33,348 bases of DNA from an uncultured Clostridia bacterium (lineage in GTDB: Bacteria; Bacillota; Clostridia; Christensenellales; CAG-138). Under the pieces are notes generated by a model. It did not search any database, had not been told where the DNA came from, and worked only from the letters and a program-made list of their open reading frames with translations. How positions within the stretch are numbered: position 1 is the stretch's first letter; every line of letters begins with the position of its first letter. The stretch is taken from NCBI GenBank assembly GCA_937913075.1, contig CALEPU010000210.1:1-33348 (forward strand). The letters run 5' to 3'. This document shows, in pieces, positions 1-7,724 of this stretch. Made by a program: the position numbers and the translations under genes.

Positions 1-2
1 AT

Positions 3-572
3 ACCTATCTTGAAGCCAATAACCAAAATGCTTACATCAAGCCGGCAGACCACGAGGTAAAGAAAACAAGGAAGCACAGGAACAACATCTTCCACAAGGA
101 CAATATGCCGTATGACGCAGAAAACGATCGCTTCACCTGCCCGAACGGGAAGCACCTGATCCACTCGTATGATAAGGATGTAAAGACGGATAACGGCTAT
201 CCGGTCAAAAAGAGCTATTACGTATGCGAGAGCTGTGAGGGTTGTCCTTACAGGGAGCAGTGCTTCAAGGGGCAGTATGAGAACCGGAAGATAGAGCTCT
301 CCAAAACAATGCGCCGCCAAAAGGAAGAAGCCGAGGAAAGGATCTCGACTCCCAAAGGCATACTTCTCCGCGTGAACCGATCCATACAGGTCGAGGGAGT
401 TTTCGGAGTCTTAAAGCAGGACTACGGCTTCAGGCGCTTCCTTACCAGAGGAAAAAAGAACAACGAAACACGTCTCTTTATCCTCGCCATGGCTTTTAAC
501 ATACAAAAGCTGTGCTCAAGAATCGCCAACGGACGGTTCGGAAAAGCGCTCTTCGAGCTGAAAGCGGCGTAA
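3..572 (+). CDS. IS1182-family (IS5-like DDE) transposase, C-terminal part; 5' end lies outside the window
   Basis: Frame 3 is open from the window edge (TYLEANNQNAYIKPADHE...) to the stop at 572. It has a Cys-rich block (CPNGKHL...CESCEGCPYREQC) and a tail (VEGVFGVLKQDYGFRRFLTRGKKN...AMAFNIQKL) typical of IS1182-type transposases. Motif recognition only. Confidence 0.75.
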   Translation, partial: TYLEANNQNAYIKPADHEVKKTRKHRNNIFHKDNMPYDAENDRFTCPNGKHLIHSYDKDVKTDNGYPVKKSYYVCESCEGCPYREQCFKGQYENRKIELSKTMRRQKEEAEERISTPKGILLRVNRSIQVEGVFGVLKQDYGFRRFLTRGKKNNETRLFILAMAFNIQKLCSRIANGRFGKALFELKAA

Positions 573-712
573 AAACGGCTCCCAAAAGAATAAAAAAGAA
601 AGACCTTCTGTTTGCTGTACCCCAAAATGAATCAAAGGCCGCGAGCTTCGTCCACCGCTCTATCAAAAACGGCTCTACCTGCTCAAAACAACGAAATACA
701 CGAAAAGAAAGA

Positions 713-749
713 GGCTGTTGCCTGCAATTTGATTGCATTTGCAACAGCC
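713..749 (+). terminator. Long imperfect hairpin followed by a T-run; possibly a terminator or an IS-end structure
   Basis: GGCTGTTGC-C-TGCAAT-TTG-ATTGCA-TT-GCAACAGCC, followed by CGATTTTGTT. It lies 140 nt after the transposase stop and directly before the tRNA-Trp fragment. Confidence 0.4.
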
Positions 750-757
750 CGATTTTG

Positions 758-787
758 TTGGCAGGGGCACTAAGATTCTGAACTCAG
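758..787 (-). pseudogene. Partial duplicate of the tRNA-Trp 3' end (acceptor 3' strand plus T-arm)
   Basis: TTGGCAGGGGCACTAAGATTC at 758-778 is identical to 916-936. Similarity continues (GAACTCAG) after a 1-nt insertion. There is no D-arm or anticodon arm. Confidence 0.6.
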
Positions 788-883
788 CGCAGCGACCTAC
801 TTTTTATCTGCCCCGCCTCCGTGCCGCTGCGCAGCTTTGCGCAGGCGCAAAGCGGATTTCAAATATTCTCTCTCTTTGCCATC

Positions 884-908
884 GAAAAGGAAGTGCCGCC
901 GGCACTCC
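884..908 (-). terminator. Intrinsic terminator downstream of tRNA-Trp
   Basis: The minus strand reads GGAGTGCC-GGC-GGCACTTCC followed by TTTTCG, starting 9 nt after the tRNA CCA end. Confidence 0.55.
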
Positions 909-916
909 CTTTTCAT

Positions 917-990
917 TGGCAGGGGCACTAAGATTCGAACTCAGAAGAACGGTTTTGGAGACCGCTATGTTACCATTACATCATGCCCCT
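917..990 (-). tRNA. trnW: tRNA-Trp (anticodon CCA), 74 nt, CCA end encoded
   Basis: Hand-folded cloverleaf. Acceptor AGGGGCA/TGCCCCT; D stem ATGT/ACAT; anticodon stem GCGGT/ACCGT with loop CTCCAAA; T stem CTGAG/CTTAG with loop TTCGAAT; discriminator G plus CCA. Confidence 0.9.
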
Positions 991-1056
991 ATTTTGCTGT
1001 CGAGCGGTATTATAGCACCAAAGGGCTGCCATGTCAAGCCGAAAAATAAAAAAATG

Positions 1057-1085
1057 TTGACGGCGGCGGCTGCTGAGGGTACAAT
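1057..1085 (+). promoter_or_regulatory. Sigma-A type promoter TTGACG-17-TACAAT
   Basis: -35 at 1057-1062, a 17-nt spacer, -10 at 1080-1085. The ATG of the next gene starts 8 nt after the -10 with no SD. Confidence 0.5.
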
Positions 1086-1092
1086 CCATTAT

Positions 1093-1716
1093 ATGAAGGT
1101 TCGATTGGTTATTGTGAATACTGAGGACTGCGTAAGGCTTTTGAAGGAGCCGGCGCGGTTCTGTTCCGTGGGGCGTTTGGAGCGTTGTCGGAAGGCTTTG
1201 GATGCGCGTGTGCGTCAGCAGGGCTATGCGGCGGAGCTTGCACTAAGCTATTGCTTATCCGGCGAGGCGCTGCTTCCGCCTGTATATCATTACGAAAAGA
1301 GCGGCAAGCCCGTCATTGACGGCGGGTATATTTCTCTTTCGCATTCGGGGAAATATGCCGTATGTGCTTATGCCGATTGTCCGGTCGGTGTTGATATTGA
1401 AGTCAACAGGGTGGTCTCCCCCGCTCTTTCGCGCAGGATACTTTGCGAGGCCGAGCGGAAAGAATACAGGGCGGCTCCGGACAACGAGTATCTTCTGCGC
1501 AAATTCGTTATCAAAGAGGCGTATTTTAAAATGACCGGAGAAGGTATTGGCGGGCGGTTTACCGACCTGCATGAACAAAACCGAATGCTGCTGCGCTGCG
1601 GCGAACCCGTTGGGTATGTCAGCAAGTTCAGCCCGGAGTATGCTGTCGGCTGCATCGTTACGGAAGATAAGCTTACGCCTTATGATATTGAGATCGAATA
1701 CTTAAAGGACTGTTGA
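1093..1716 (+). CDS. 4'-phosphopantetheinyl transferase, Sfp type
   Basis: GKPVIDGGYISLSHSGKYAVCAYADCPVGVDIE and FVIKEAYFKMTGEG are the classic Sfp/AcpT motifs. The start is moved to ATG 1093 because the longer ORF (733) overlaps tRNA-Trp, its terminator and the promoter. Confidence 0.85.
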   Translation: MKVRLVIVNTEDCVRLLKEPARFCSVGRLERCRKALDARVRQQGYAAELALSYCLSGEALLPPVYHYEKSGKPVIDGGYISLSHSGKYAVCAYADCPVGVDIEVNRVVSPALSRRILCEAERKEYRAAPDNEYLLRKFVIKEAYFKMTGEGIGGRFTDLHEQNRMLLRCGEPVGYVSKFSPEYAVGCIVTEDKLTPYDIEIEYLKDC

Positions 1717-1859
1717 ACTGTTACCCACCTCATGTGGGTCGGGTCGTTTGCAAGCCGACAAGGACCGCTCTTGTGAATTCAGCTAAGCAGACTTTCAGTG
1801 CTTCGACAACATATACGGGTTGAGCTCCTTGGCGTTGAAGCCATCGGGCAGGTATTCCT

Positions 1860-2261
1860 TTGGGATACCGACAATACAAAAGCGACCCAAAGGAATGCAG
1901 AAATTGTCCATACATAGGCCGATGTACAACGAACAAGAAGTTTCAAAAGACTGTAACGATCCATATATGGAATGAATACGTAGAGCAAGCCGAGGAGATA
2001 CGGCACACAAAATTAGGAAGAGAGACCTACAACCGGCGAAAGGAGACGATAGAGCGAGTTTTTGCGGACGCCAAAGAGAAACACGGAATGCGATACACCC
2101 CCTACCGAGGCCTGACAGCAGTAAGGAAATGGGTACTTCTCAAGTTCGCCGCAATGAACCTCAAAAAGATGGCGATCAGAAAGTGGTGGGAGTACCGCCA
2201 TTTCTGCCGCATCGTTTTCAATGTTCTTCCCATACCTTTTATGTTTGAAAATAACCCCTGA
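1860..2261 (+). pseudogene. IS1182-family transposase, C-terminal ~130-aa remnant
   Basis: GYRQYKSDPKECRNCPYIGRCTT...TIHIWNEYVEQAEEIRHT...RRKETIERVFADAKEKHGMRYTPYRGL...LKFAAMNLKKMA matches the last third of IS1182-type transposases. In-frame stops lie just upstream (1821, 1833), and there is no DDE N-terminal region. It is divergent from the copy at 3-572. Confidence 0.7.
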
Positions 2262-2283
2262 GGACGTCGCCTCGGGGGTTATT
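2250..2283. other. 14-bp-stem hairpin overlapping the transposase-remnant stop; an IS-end structure or terminator
   Basis: AATAACCCCTGAGG-ACGTCG-CCTCGGGGGTTATT, with one G-T wobble. Confidence 0.4.
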
Positions 2284-2294
2284 TGACAGGCTGC

Positions 2295-2319
2295 GAGGAG
2301 CCGCGAAAGGCGGCTCCTC
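2295..2319. terminator. GC-rich hairpin between the IS remnant and the pepF 3' end
   Basis: GAGGAGCCGC-GAAAG-GCGGCTCCTC, followed by TTT on the plus strand. It lies 17 nt beyond the pepF stop on the minus strand. Confidence 0.5.
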
Positions 2320-2336
2320 TTTACAGAAAATTGCGA

Positions 2337-4139
2337 TTACTTCATCAGCTCTTCCATCTCGTCAAGAAGCTCTCCGAAGAGCTTCAATGCCTCATTGATG
2401 GGCGCGGCTGTCGTCATATCGACGCCGGCATACTTCAGAATGCTGATGGGATCGGTGCTGCCGCCTGCGGAGAGGAACTTCTTATAGTCCTTGACGGCGG
2501 GCTCGCCCTCAGTGAGGATGCGGTTTGCTATGGCGCAGGCTGCGGAGAAGCCGGTAGCATACTGGAATACGTAGAAGTTATAGAAGAAGTGCGGAATGCG
2601 CTCCCACTCGTAAGCGATCTCCGGGTCTATCACAATGGAGTCGCCGAAGTAGAACTTGTTGAGCTCATAATACTTCTCGCAGAGGGCGTCGGCAGTAAGA
2701 GTCTCGCCCTTCTCGGCAAGCTCGTTCATAAAGAGCTCGAATTCTGCGAACATGGTCTGGCGGTAGACGGTGCCGCGGAAGCTCTCGAGGAAGTGATTGA
2801 TGAGGTAAGCCCTCTCGCGCTTATCGGTGGTGTTATTGAGCAGGTACCTGACGAGCAGCACCTCGTTGCAGGTAGAGGCTATCTCAGCCACGAATATGAC
2901 ATAATCCTGCTGACAGACGGGCTGATTCTTCATGGAATAGACGGTATGGAGCGAATGACCCATCTCATGGGCGATGGTGAACATGCTGTCGAGGGTATCC
3001 TTCTGGTTGAGAAGCACGTAGGGGTGCGGATCGCCGCAGGAGGAGTACGCGCCGCCGCGCTTGCCCTCATTCTCATAAACGTCTATCCAGCGGTTGTTGA
3101 AGCCCTCCGTGAGGATGTCGATATAGTCCTGTCCGAGAGGAGCGAGCGCCTTGATTATGATCTGCTTTGCCTCCTCGTAGGGTATCTCACGGTCTGCATC
3201 GCCAACGATGGGAGTATAGAGGTCGTACATATGCAGCTCGTCAACGCCCATGAGCTTCTTACGGAGCTCGACGTACTTGTGCATATAGCCTATATTGTTA
3301 TGCACCGCCTCGATGAGGTTGTGATATACGGATACAGGTACCTCGGTAGAATCAAGCGCGGCATGGAGCGTGGACTCATAATTCCTTGCCTGCGCGTTGA
3401 AGATAAGCCCCTTGACCTGAGAGTCGAGGAACGCGGCGGAGGTGTTTTTAAACTGAGCAAAGGTATGATACAGGGACTCGAAAGCAGCCCTGCGGACATT
3501 GACGTCAGGATTCTCGAGCAGGGGTACGAAAGAGCCCTGAGTGACCTTGAGAACGTTGCCCTCGCTGTCGGTGATGTCGGGGAATTTGAGGTCCGCATTG
3601 CGGAAGGCGGAAGCCGTCTCGCCGGGAGCGTTCGTCACCTGACCGGAAAGAGCCAAAATGCGCTCCTCTGCGTCGGAGAGAGTATGGGGCTTATAGTGGC
3701 GGATCTTCGAGAGCTTGCGGGTGTAGAGTTTAAGCTCGGGCTTTGCCTCATAGAAGCCTGCAAGGGTCTCATCGGGTATGGAAATGATCTCGGGAGTTGA
3801 GAAAGAATCCGCTGAAGCTATCGCAACGTAGAGGTTCATTATCTTGCCCTTCAACCCCTGATAGAAGGAATTGCCGGTATCCTCGTCGGATTTGCGCATA
3901 GCGTAGTTGACAAGGCGCTCGATCTTGACCTGCATCTCGTCGCAAAGCTGCAAATAATCGCAGAGTGTATCGGCGGACTCCGCAAGCCTGCCGCGGAAGG
4001 AAGCGAGCTTGCCGGGATAGACCTTTGCGTTTTCAAGCGCCTCATCCCAAAGGGCGTCGGTAGCAAAAAGATCCTCAGTCGCCCATGTAAACTGCTTTTC
4101 GACCTCGGAACGCTTGGGTATCTGCTTTTGTTTTGCCAT
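2337..4139 (-). CDS. pepF: Oligoendopeptidase F (M3B metallopeptidase)
   Basis: 600 aa with the HEMGH zinc motif (FTIAHEMGHSLH). The N-terminus (EVEKQFTWATEDLF) and length are typical of PepF. GGAGG SD 8 nt upstream of the ATG. Confidence 0.93.
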   Translation of the reverse strand: MAKQKQIPKRSEVEKQFTWATEDLFATDALWDEALENAKVYPGKLASFRGRLAESADTLCDYLQLCDEMQVKIERLVNYAMRKSDEDTGNSFYQGLKGKIMNLYVAIASADSFSTPEIISIPDETLAGFYEAKPELKLYTRKLSKIRHYKPHTLSDAEERILALSGQVTNAPGETASAFRNADLKFPDITDSEGNVLKVTQGSFVPLLENPDVNVRRAAFESLYHTFAQFKNTSAAFLDSQVKGLIFNAQARNYESTLHAALDSTEVPVSVYHNLIEAVHNNIGYMHKYVELRKKLMGVDELHMYDLYTPIVGDADREIPYEEAKQIIIKALAPLGQDYIDILTEGFNNRWIDVYENEGKRGGAYSSCGDPHPYVLLNQKDTLDSMFTIAHEMGHSLHTVYSMKNQPVCQQDYVIFVAEIASTCNEVLLVRYLLNNTTDKRERAYLINHFLESFRGTVYRQTMFAEFELFMNELAEKGETLTADALCEKYYELNKFYFGDSIVIDPEIAYEWERIPHFFYNFYVFQYATGFSAACAIANRILTEGEPAVKDYKKFLSAGGSTDPISILKYAGVDMTTAAPINEALKLFGELLDEMEELMK

Positions 4140-4294
4140 AGTAATTTCCTCCTGCTGAATTTGCGGCTGAGCCGCACAAGATTTGACAGCTTATTTTACC
4201 ATGTTTTTGTCCGCGTGTACAGTGGCATTGAGAGTTTGCATTGCGAATTTTACAGGAGTTTTTCGCAGAAAAACATGTCATTGGAACAAAACGG

Positions 4295-4323
4295 TTGACA
4301 AACTTGCATTTTTGTGCTACAAT
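4295..4323 (+). promoter_or_regulatory. Consensus sigma-A promoter TTGACA-17-TACAAT
   Basis: -35 at 4295-4300 and -10 at 4318-4323, inside the annotated 5' part of ORF 4241..7597. Confidence 0.5.
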
Positions 4324-4366
4324 TACCCATTCAAGAGACTCTGTTGTTTACGTCAATATTTTAAGC

Positions 4367-7300
4367 GTGGGGTGCAATTTGTCCGACAACTCGCGGATAA
4401 CCGAATTACTTTTGCCCACCGAGGCTTTGGAGCGCTCGCTTTATTTGCGTGGGCGTGTTGACCTGCCTCTTATTGCAGAACTGACGGGGCTTACTGAGGG
4501 CGAGGCTTTCGGCAAGCTTCAAGGGCTTATATATTACGACCCTGTTGAGGACAAGCCCGTTACCGCCGGCGAGTATCTTTCGGGCAACGTATTAAAAAAG
4601 CTTAACGCCGCCAAGAAGTACATGAAGCGCGAAGAGGAGCGCGGCGTGCCGGAGCGGAGTTTTTGCGTAGATTACAACAAAAACATCGAAGCTCTGAACA
4701 GCATAATGCCGCCGCTCGTTCCTGCCGAGGATATAAAGGCGACGATAGGCAGCCCGTGGATACCTTCGTGGGTGTACCGAGATTTTTTGATAGCGCTCAT
4801 AGGCATTAAAACGAGCGGCGGGCGTAAGGCAAGGCTCATGGTGGAGTACGTGCGCGCGGCGAACCACTACATAATCCACGGCAAGCGCAACTATGAAGGC
4901 TTCACAAGGGCGAGGCTCACCTACGGAACCGAGCGAATGAACGCCTTTGAAATAATGGAGCGCATGCTCAATTCGCGCGAGATCGCCGTTTACGACAACG
5001 CCTCGGTACCGGGCAAGGCACTGCCCGTCCGCAGGATAAACAAAAACGAGACGCTTTTGGCGCAGGAGCGTATGCGTCAGATCGAAGAAAAGTTCAGTCT
5101 GTGGCTCTTCCGCGACGAACCGCGCCGCTCTCGTCTGTTAAATCATTATAACGAATCCTTCGGGGCGATCCGCCCCCGCATATACGACGGCAGTAAGCTT
5201 GTGCTGCCCGGCAAAAACCCGGACATCAGGTTACAGCCGTATCAGCTTGACGCGGTGTGCCGGATAGTCAACTCAAAGAACACACTGCTGGCGCATCAGG
5301 TCGGCGCCGGCAAGACCTACGCCATGGCTGCCGCGGCAATGGAGCTTAGGCGTGTGGGGCTTTCGCGCCGCAATCTTTTCGTGGTGCCCAACAACATACT
5401 TGACCAATGGCATACGGAGTTTTTAAAGCTCTATCCGGATGCTGAGCTTATGGTGATAGAGCCGCGCGACTTCACGCCTTCGCGCAGGCAGGCGGTACTT
5501 AAAAGCATCTGCGAGAGCGACTCAGACGCGATAATAATGGGCTACGGCAGCTTCTCCCTGATCCCCCTCTCAAAACATGAGCGGGAGAAGGAGATGCTTG
5601 ACGCAATGGCGCAGATCTCCGAGTGTATGCGCGACGCGGTCTACAACGACGCTTATATGGTGCTCAATCGCTATTCCGCCCGAATTGAGCGGCGCTTGCA
5701 AAAGCTTTGGGACGATGAGGAGCCCGCCGCCGAGGGGGAGCTCTGCTTTGACGATTTGGGGATCGACACACTTTTTGTGGATGAGGCTCACAACTTTAAA
5801 AACATCAGCATCGAGACAAAGCACGGCGCGCTGCCGGGGCTCAATACCAAGGGCTCTAAAAGGTGCGACGACCTTATGGCAAAGGTGCGCTACATACAGA
5901 GGACACACGGCGGCAGGGGCGTTGTATTTGCCACCGGCACTCCTATAACCAACTCGGTATCCGATCTATACACAATGCTTTTATACCTCGCCTACGAGCG
6001 GCTTGAAGAGATGAATCTTTTGGAGTTTGACAACTGGGTCAAGCTTTTCTCAGAGGTCACCGAGGAGTTTGAGGTCGAGGCAAACGGCATCGGTTACAGA
6101 CTCCGCCGCAGGCTCAGCAGGTACCACAACCTGCCCGAGCTTTCGCTACTGCTCTCCGATATCGCCGATCTGCATTTTTCCCGCGACGACGAGCAAAAGC
6201 TGCCGTCGAGCATAAACTATATCAACTGCACGGTGCCTGCGTCGGATGCGCTGCGGCGTTATATCGCCGAGCTTGCCAAGCGTGCCGATACCGTTAAGGC
6301 AGGGCTCGTTCCCCGCACGGAGGACAACATGCTCAAAATAACCACCGACGGGCGCAAGGCGGCGCTCGATATGCGGCTTGTGGACCCCTCGGCGCAGGAT
6401 ATTCCCGATTCCAAGCTCAACGCCTGCGTTAAAAACGTGTTTGAGATATGGAGCGGCGACAAGGCGGTCACACAGCTCGTCTTCTTAGACCAGAGCACGC
6501 CGAAGGAAGGCTTCAATCTTTACGACGATATGAAGAACAAGCTCTGCGCACTTGGCGTCCCCAATAAGGAGATAGCATTTGTACACGATGCGGTGAACGA
6601 CGGCATGCGAGCGACGCTTTTCAACAAGGTGCGCCGCGGCGAGGTACGCATATTGATCGGCTCCACTTTCAAGCTTGGCATCGGCGCTAATGTGCAGGAT
6701 AAGCTTTGGGCGGTGCATCACCTCGACATCCCGTGGCGCCCCTCCGACGTTACGCAGCGCGAGGGACGTATGCTGCGTCAGGGCAACCGTAACGACGAGG
6801 TCGCCATATACCGCTACATCACCAACGGCAGCTTCGACGCCTACTCATGGCAGCTTTTGGAGAATAAGCAGCGCTTCACCTCGCAGATAGTCAACGGCGA
6901 GCATCCTTCAAGAAACGGCGACGAGGTAGACGAGGTGGTGCTTACTTACAGCGAAGTCAAGAGCCTTGCGGTCGGCAATCCTTTAATAAAGCGCAGGATA
7001 GAGCTCGAGACGGAGCTCCAAAGGAAGTCGATGCTGCGTGCTCGTGTTGAGCATGCGAGGGACAGCGCGAAGGAACGGCTGCTGCAATTCCCCGGGCTTA
7101 TAGCCCAGCAAGAGGAGAGCATTGCAAAGCTCGCGCAGGATATGAAAACAGCAGCCGATACCAAGTCCGAGGATTACTCAATCGAGATAGAGGGCGAGGT
7201 ATTTACAAGGCGCCGCGACGCAGGCACGAGGCTTTTGGAGCTGACGGACGACTACGCGTATCTGCATGAGCCAATCAGGATAGGCAGTTTCCGTGGGTTC

Positions 7301-7597
7301 CCACTCTACCTCACCAACGACAGCTCGGGTCTGCACAGGGTGTTTATGCTGCGCGGCAGTCTGCCCTATACAGTGGAGCTTTCAGAGAGCGCACAGGGGC
7401 AGGCGCAGAGGCTTGACAACGCGGTCGCCGCCATCGCCAAAAGGCACGCCGACGCGGTGCTGAACCTTGAACGTCTTCGCGGCGACGAGGCGGCTCTGCG
7501 TGAGCAGGTAGAGGCTGTAAACCCCTACGAGGCGGAGATACGGCAGCTCTCCCGTGAGCTGCGCCGTGTGAGTATTGAGCTCGGCATGGATCAGTAA
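4367..7597 (+). CDS. SNF2/DEAD-like superfamily-2 helicase; a stand-alone helicase module (start codon uncertain)
   Basis: Motif I LLAHQVGAGKTY, motif II FVDEAHNFKN, FATGTPITNS, motif VI QREGRMLRQGN. Flanking regions (EYLSGNV..KL, TYGTERMNAFEIMERMLN, AVGNPLIKRRIELE) match the C-terminal ~1,050 aa of large methyltransferase-helicase fusions. The first in-frame candidates after the promoter are GTG 4367 and TTG 4379; there is no clear SD. Confidence 0.8.
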   Translation: MGCNLSDNSRITELLLPTEALERSLYLRGRVDLPLIAELTGLTEGEAFGKLQGLIYYDPVEDKPVTAGEYLSGNVLKKLNAAKKYMKREEERGVPERSFCVDYNKNIEALNSIMPPLVPAEDIKATIGSPWIPSWVYRDFLIALIGIKTSGGRKARLMVEYVRAANHYIIHGKRNYEGFTRARLTYGTERMNAFEIMERMLNSREIAVYDNASVPGKALPVRRINKNETLLAQERMRQIEEKFSLWLFRDEPRRSRLLNHYNESFGAIRPRIYDGSKLVLPGKNPDIRLQPYQLDAVCRIVNSKNTLLAHQVGAGKTYAMAAAAMELRRVGLSRRNLFVVPNNILDQWHTEFLKLYPDAELMVIEPRDFTPSRRQAVLKSICESDSDAIIMGYGSFSLIPLSKHEREKEMLDAMAQISECMRDAVYNDAYMVLNRYSARIERRLQKLWDDEEPAAEGELCFDDLGIDTLFVDEAHNFKNISIETKHGALPGLNTKGSKRCDDLMAKVRYIQRTHGGRGVVFATGTPITNSVSDLYTMLLYLAYERLEEMNLLEFDNWVKLFSEVTEEFEVEANGIGYRLRRRLSRYHNLPELSLLLSDIADLHFSRDDEQKLPSSINYINCTVPASDALRRYIAELAKRADTVKAGLVPRTEDNMLKITTDGRKAALDMRLVDPSAQDIPDSKLNACVKNVFEIWSGDKAVTQLVFLDQSTPKEGFNLYDDMKNKLCALGVPNKEIAFVHDAVNDGMRATLFNKVRRGEVRILIGSTFKLGIGANVQDKLWAVHHLDIPWRPSDVTQREGRMLRQGNRNDEVAIYRYITNGSFDAYSWQLLENKQRFTSQIVNGEHPSRNGDEVDEVVLTYSEVKSLAVGNPLIKRRIELETELQRKSMLRARVEHARDSAKERLLQFPGLIAQQEESIAKLAQDMKTAADTKSEDYSIEIEGEVFTRRRDAGTRLLELTDDYAYLHEPIRIGSFRGFPLYLTNDSSGLHRVFMLRGSLPYTVELSESAQGQAQRLDNAVAAIAKRHADAVLNLERLRGDEAALREQVEAVNPYEAEIRQLSRELRRVSIELGMDQ

Positions 7598-7601
7598 CGT
7601 C

Positions 7602-7617
7602 AATATCCGCGGATATT
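7602..7617. promoter_or_regulatory. Perfect 16-bp palindrome AATATCCGCGGATATT
   Basis: It sits 5 nt after the helicase stop and 24 nt before the -35 of the next promoter. Function unknown. Confidence 0.25.
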
Positions 7618-7640
7618 ATATCTGATTTTCGGTTTGGCTA

Positions 7641-7669
7641 TTGACAAAAGCGGCGAATTATCGGATAAT
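7641..7669 (+). promoter_or_regulatory. Sigma-A promoter TTGACA-17-GATAAT
   Basis: -35 at 7641-7646 and -10 at 7664-7669. SD (GAAAGGAG) lies before ATG 7725. Confidence 0.55.
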
Positions 7670-7724
7670 ATGATTGGTTAAAAAGTAAACCTGTGTTTAC
7701 ATATACTTTGAAAGGAGCACTATT

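Noticed and set aside
733-1092. N-terminal 120-codon extension of the PPTase ORF
   Set aside because: It runs across the tRNA-Trp fragment, tRNA-Trp on the other strand, its terminator and the TTGACG-17-TACAAT promoter. Sfp-type homology begins at the Met at 1093.
2283-3800. 505-aa ORF on the plus strand
   Set aside because: It is antisense to pepF, which has the HEMGH motif and a full-length M3B architecture. The plus-strand product is L/V/E/G-rich with no motifs.
4241-4366. ATG 4241 as the start of the SNF2 helicase
   Set aside because: A consensus promoter (4295-4323) lies downstream of this ATG. The first 40 codons have no homology context and sit in the pepF divergent promoter region.
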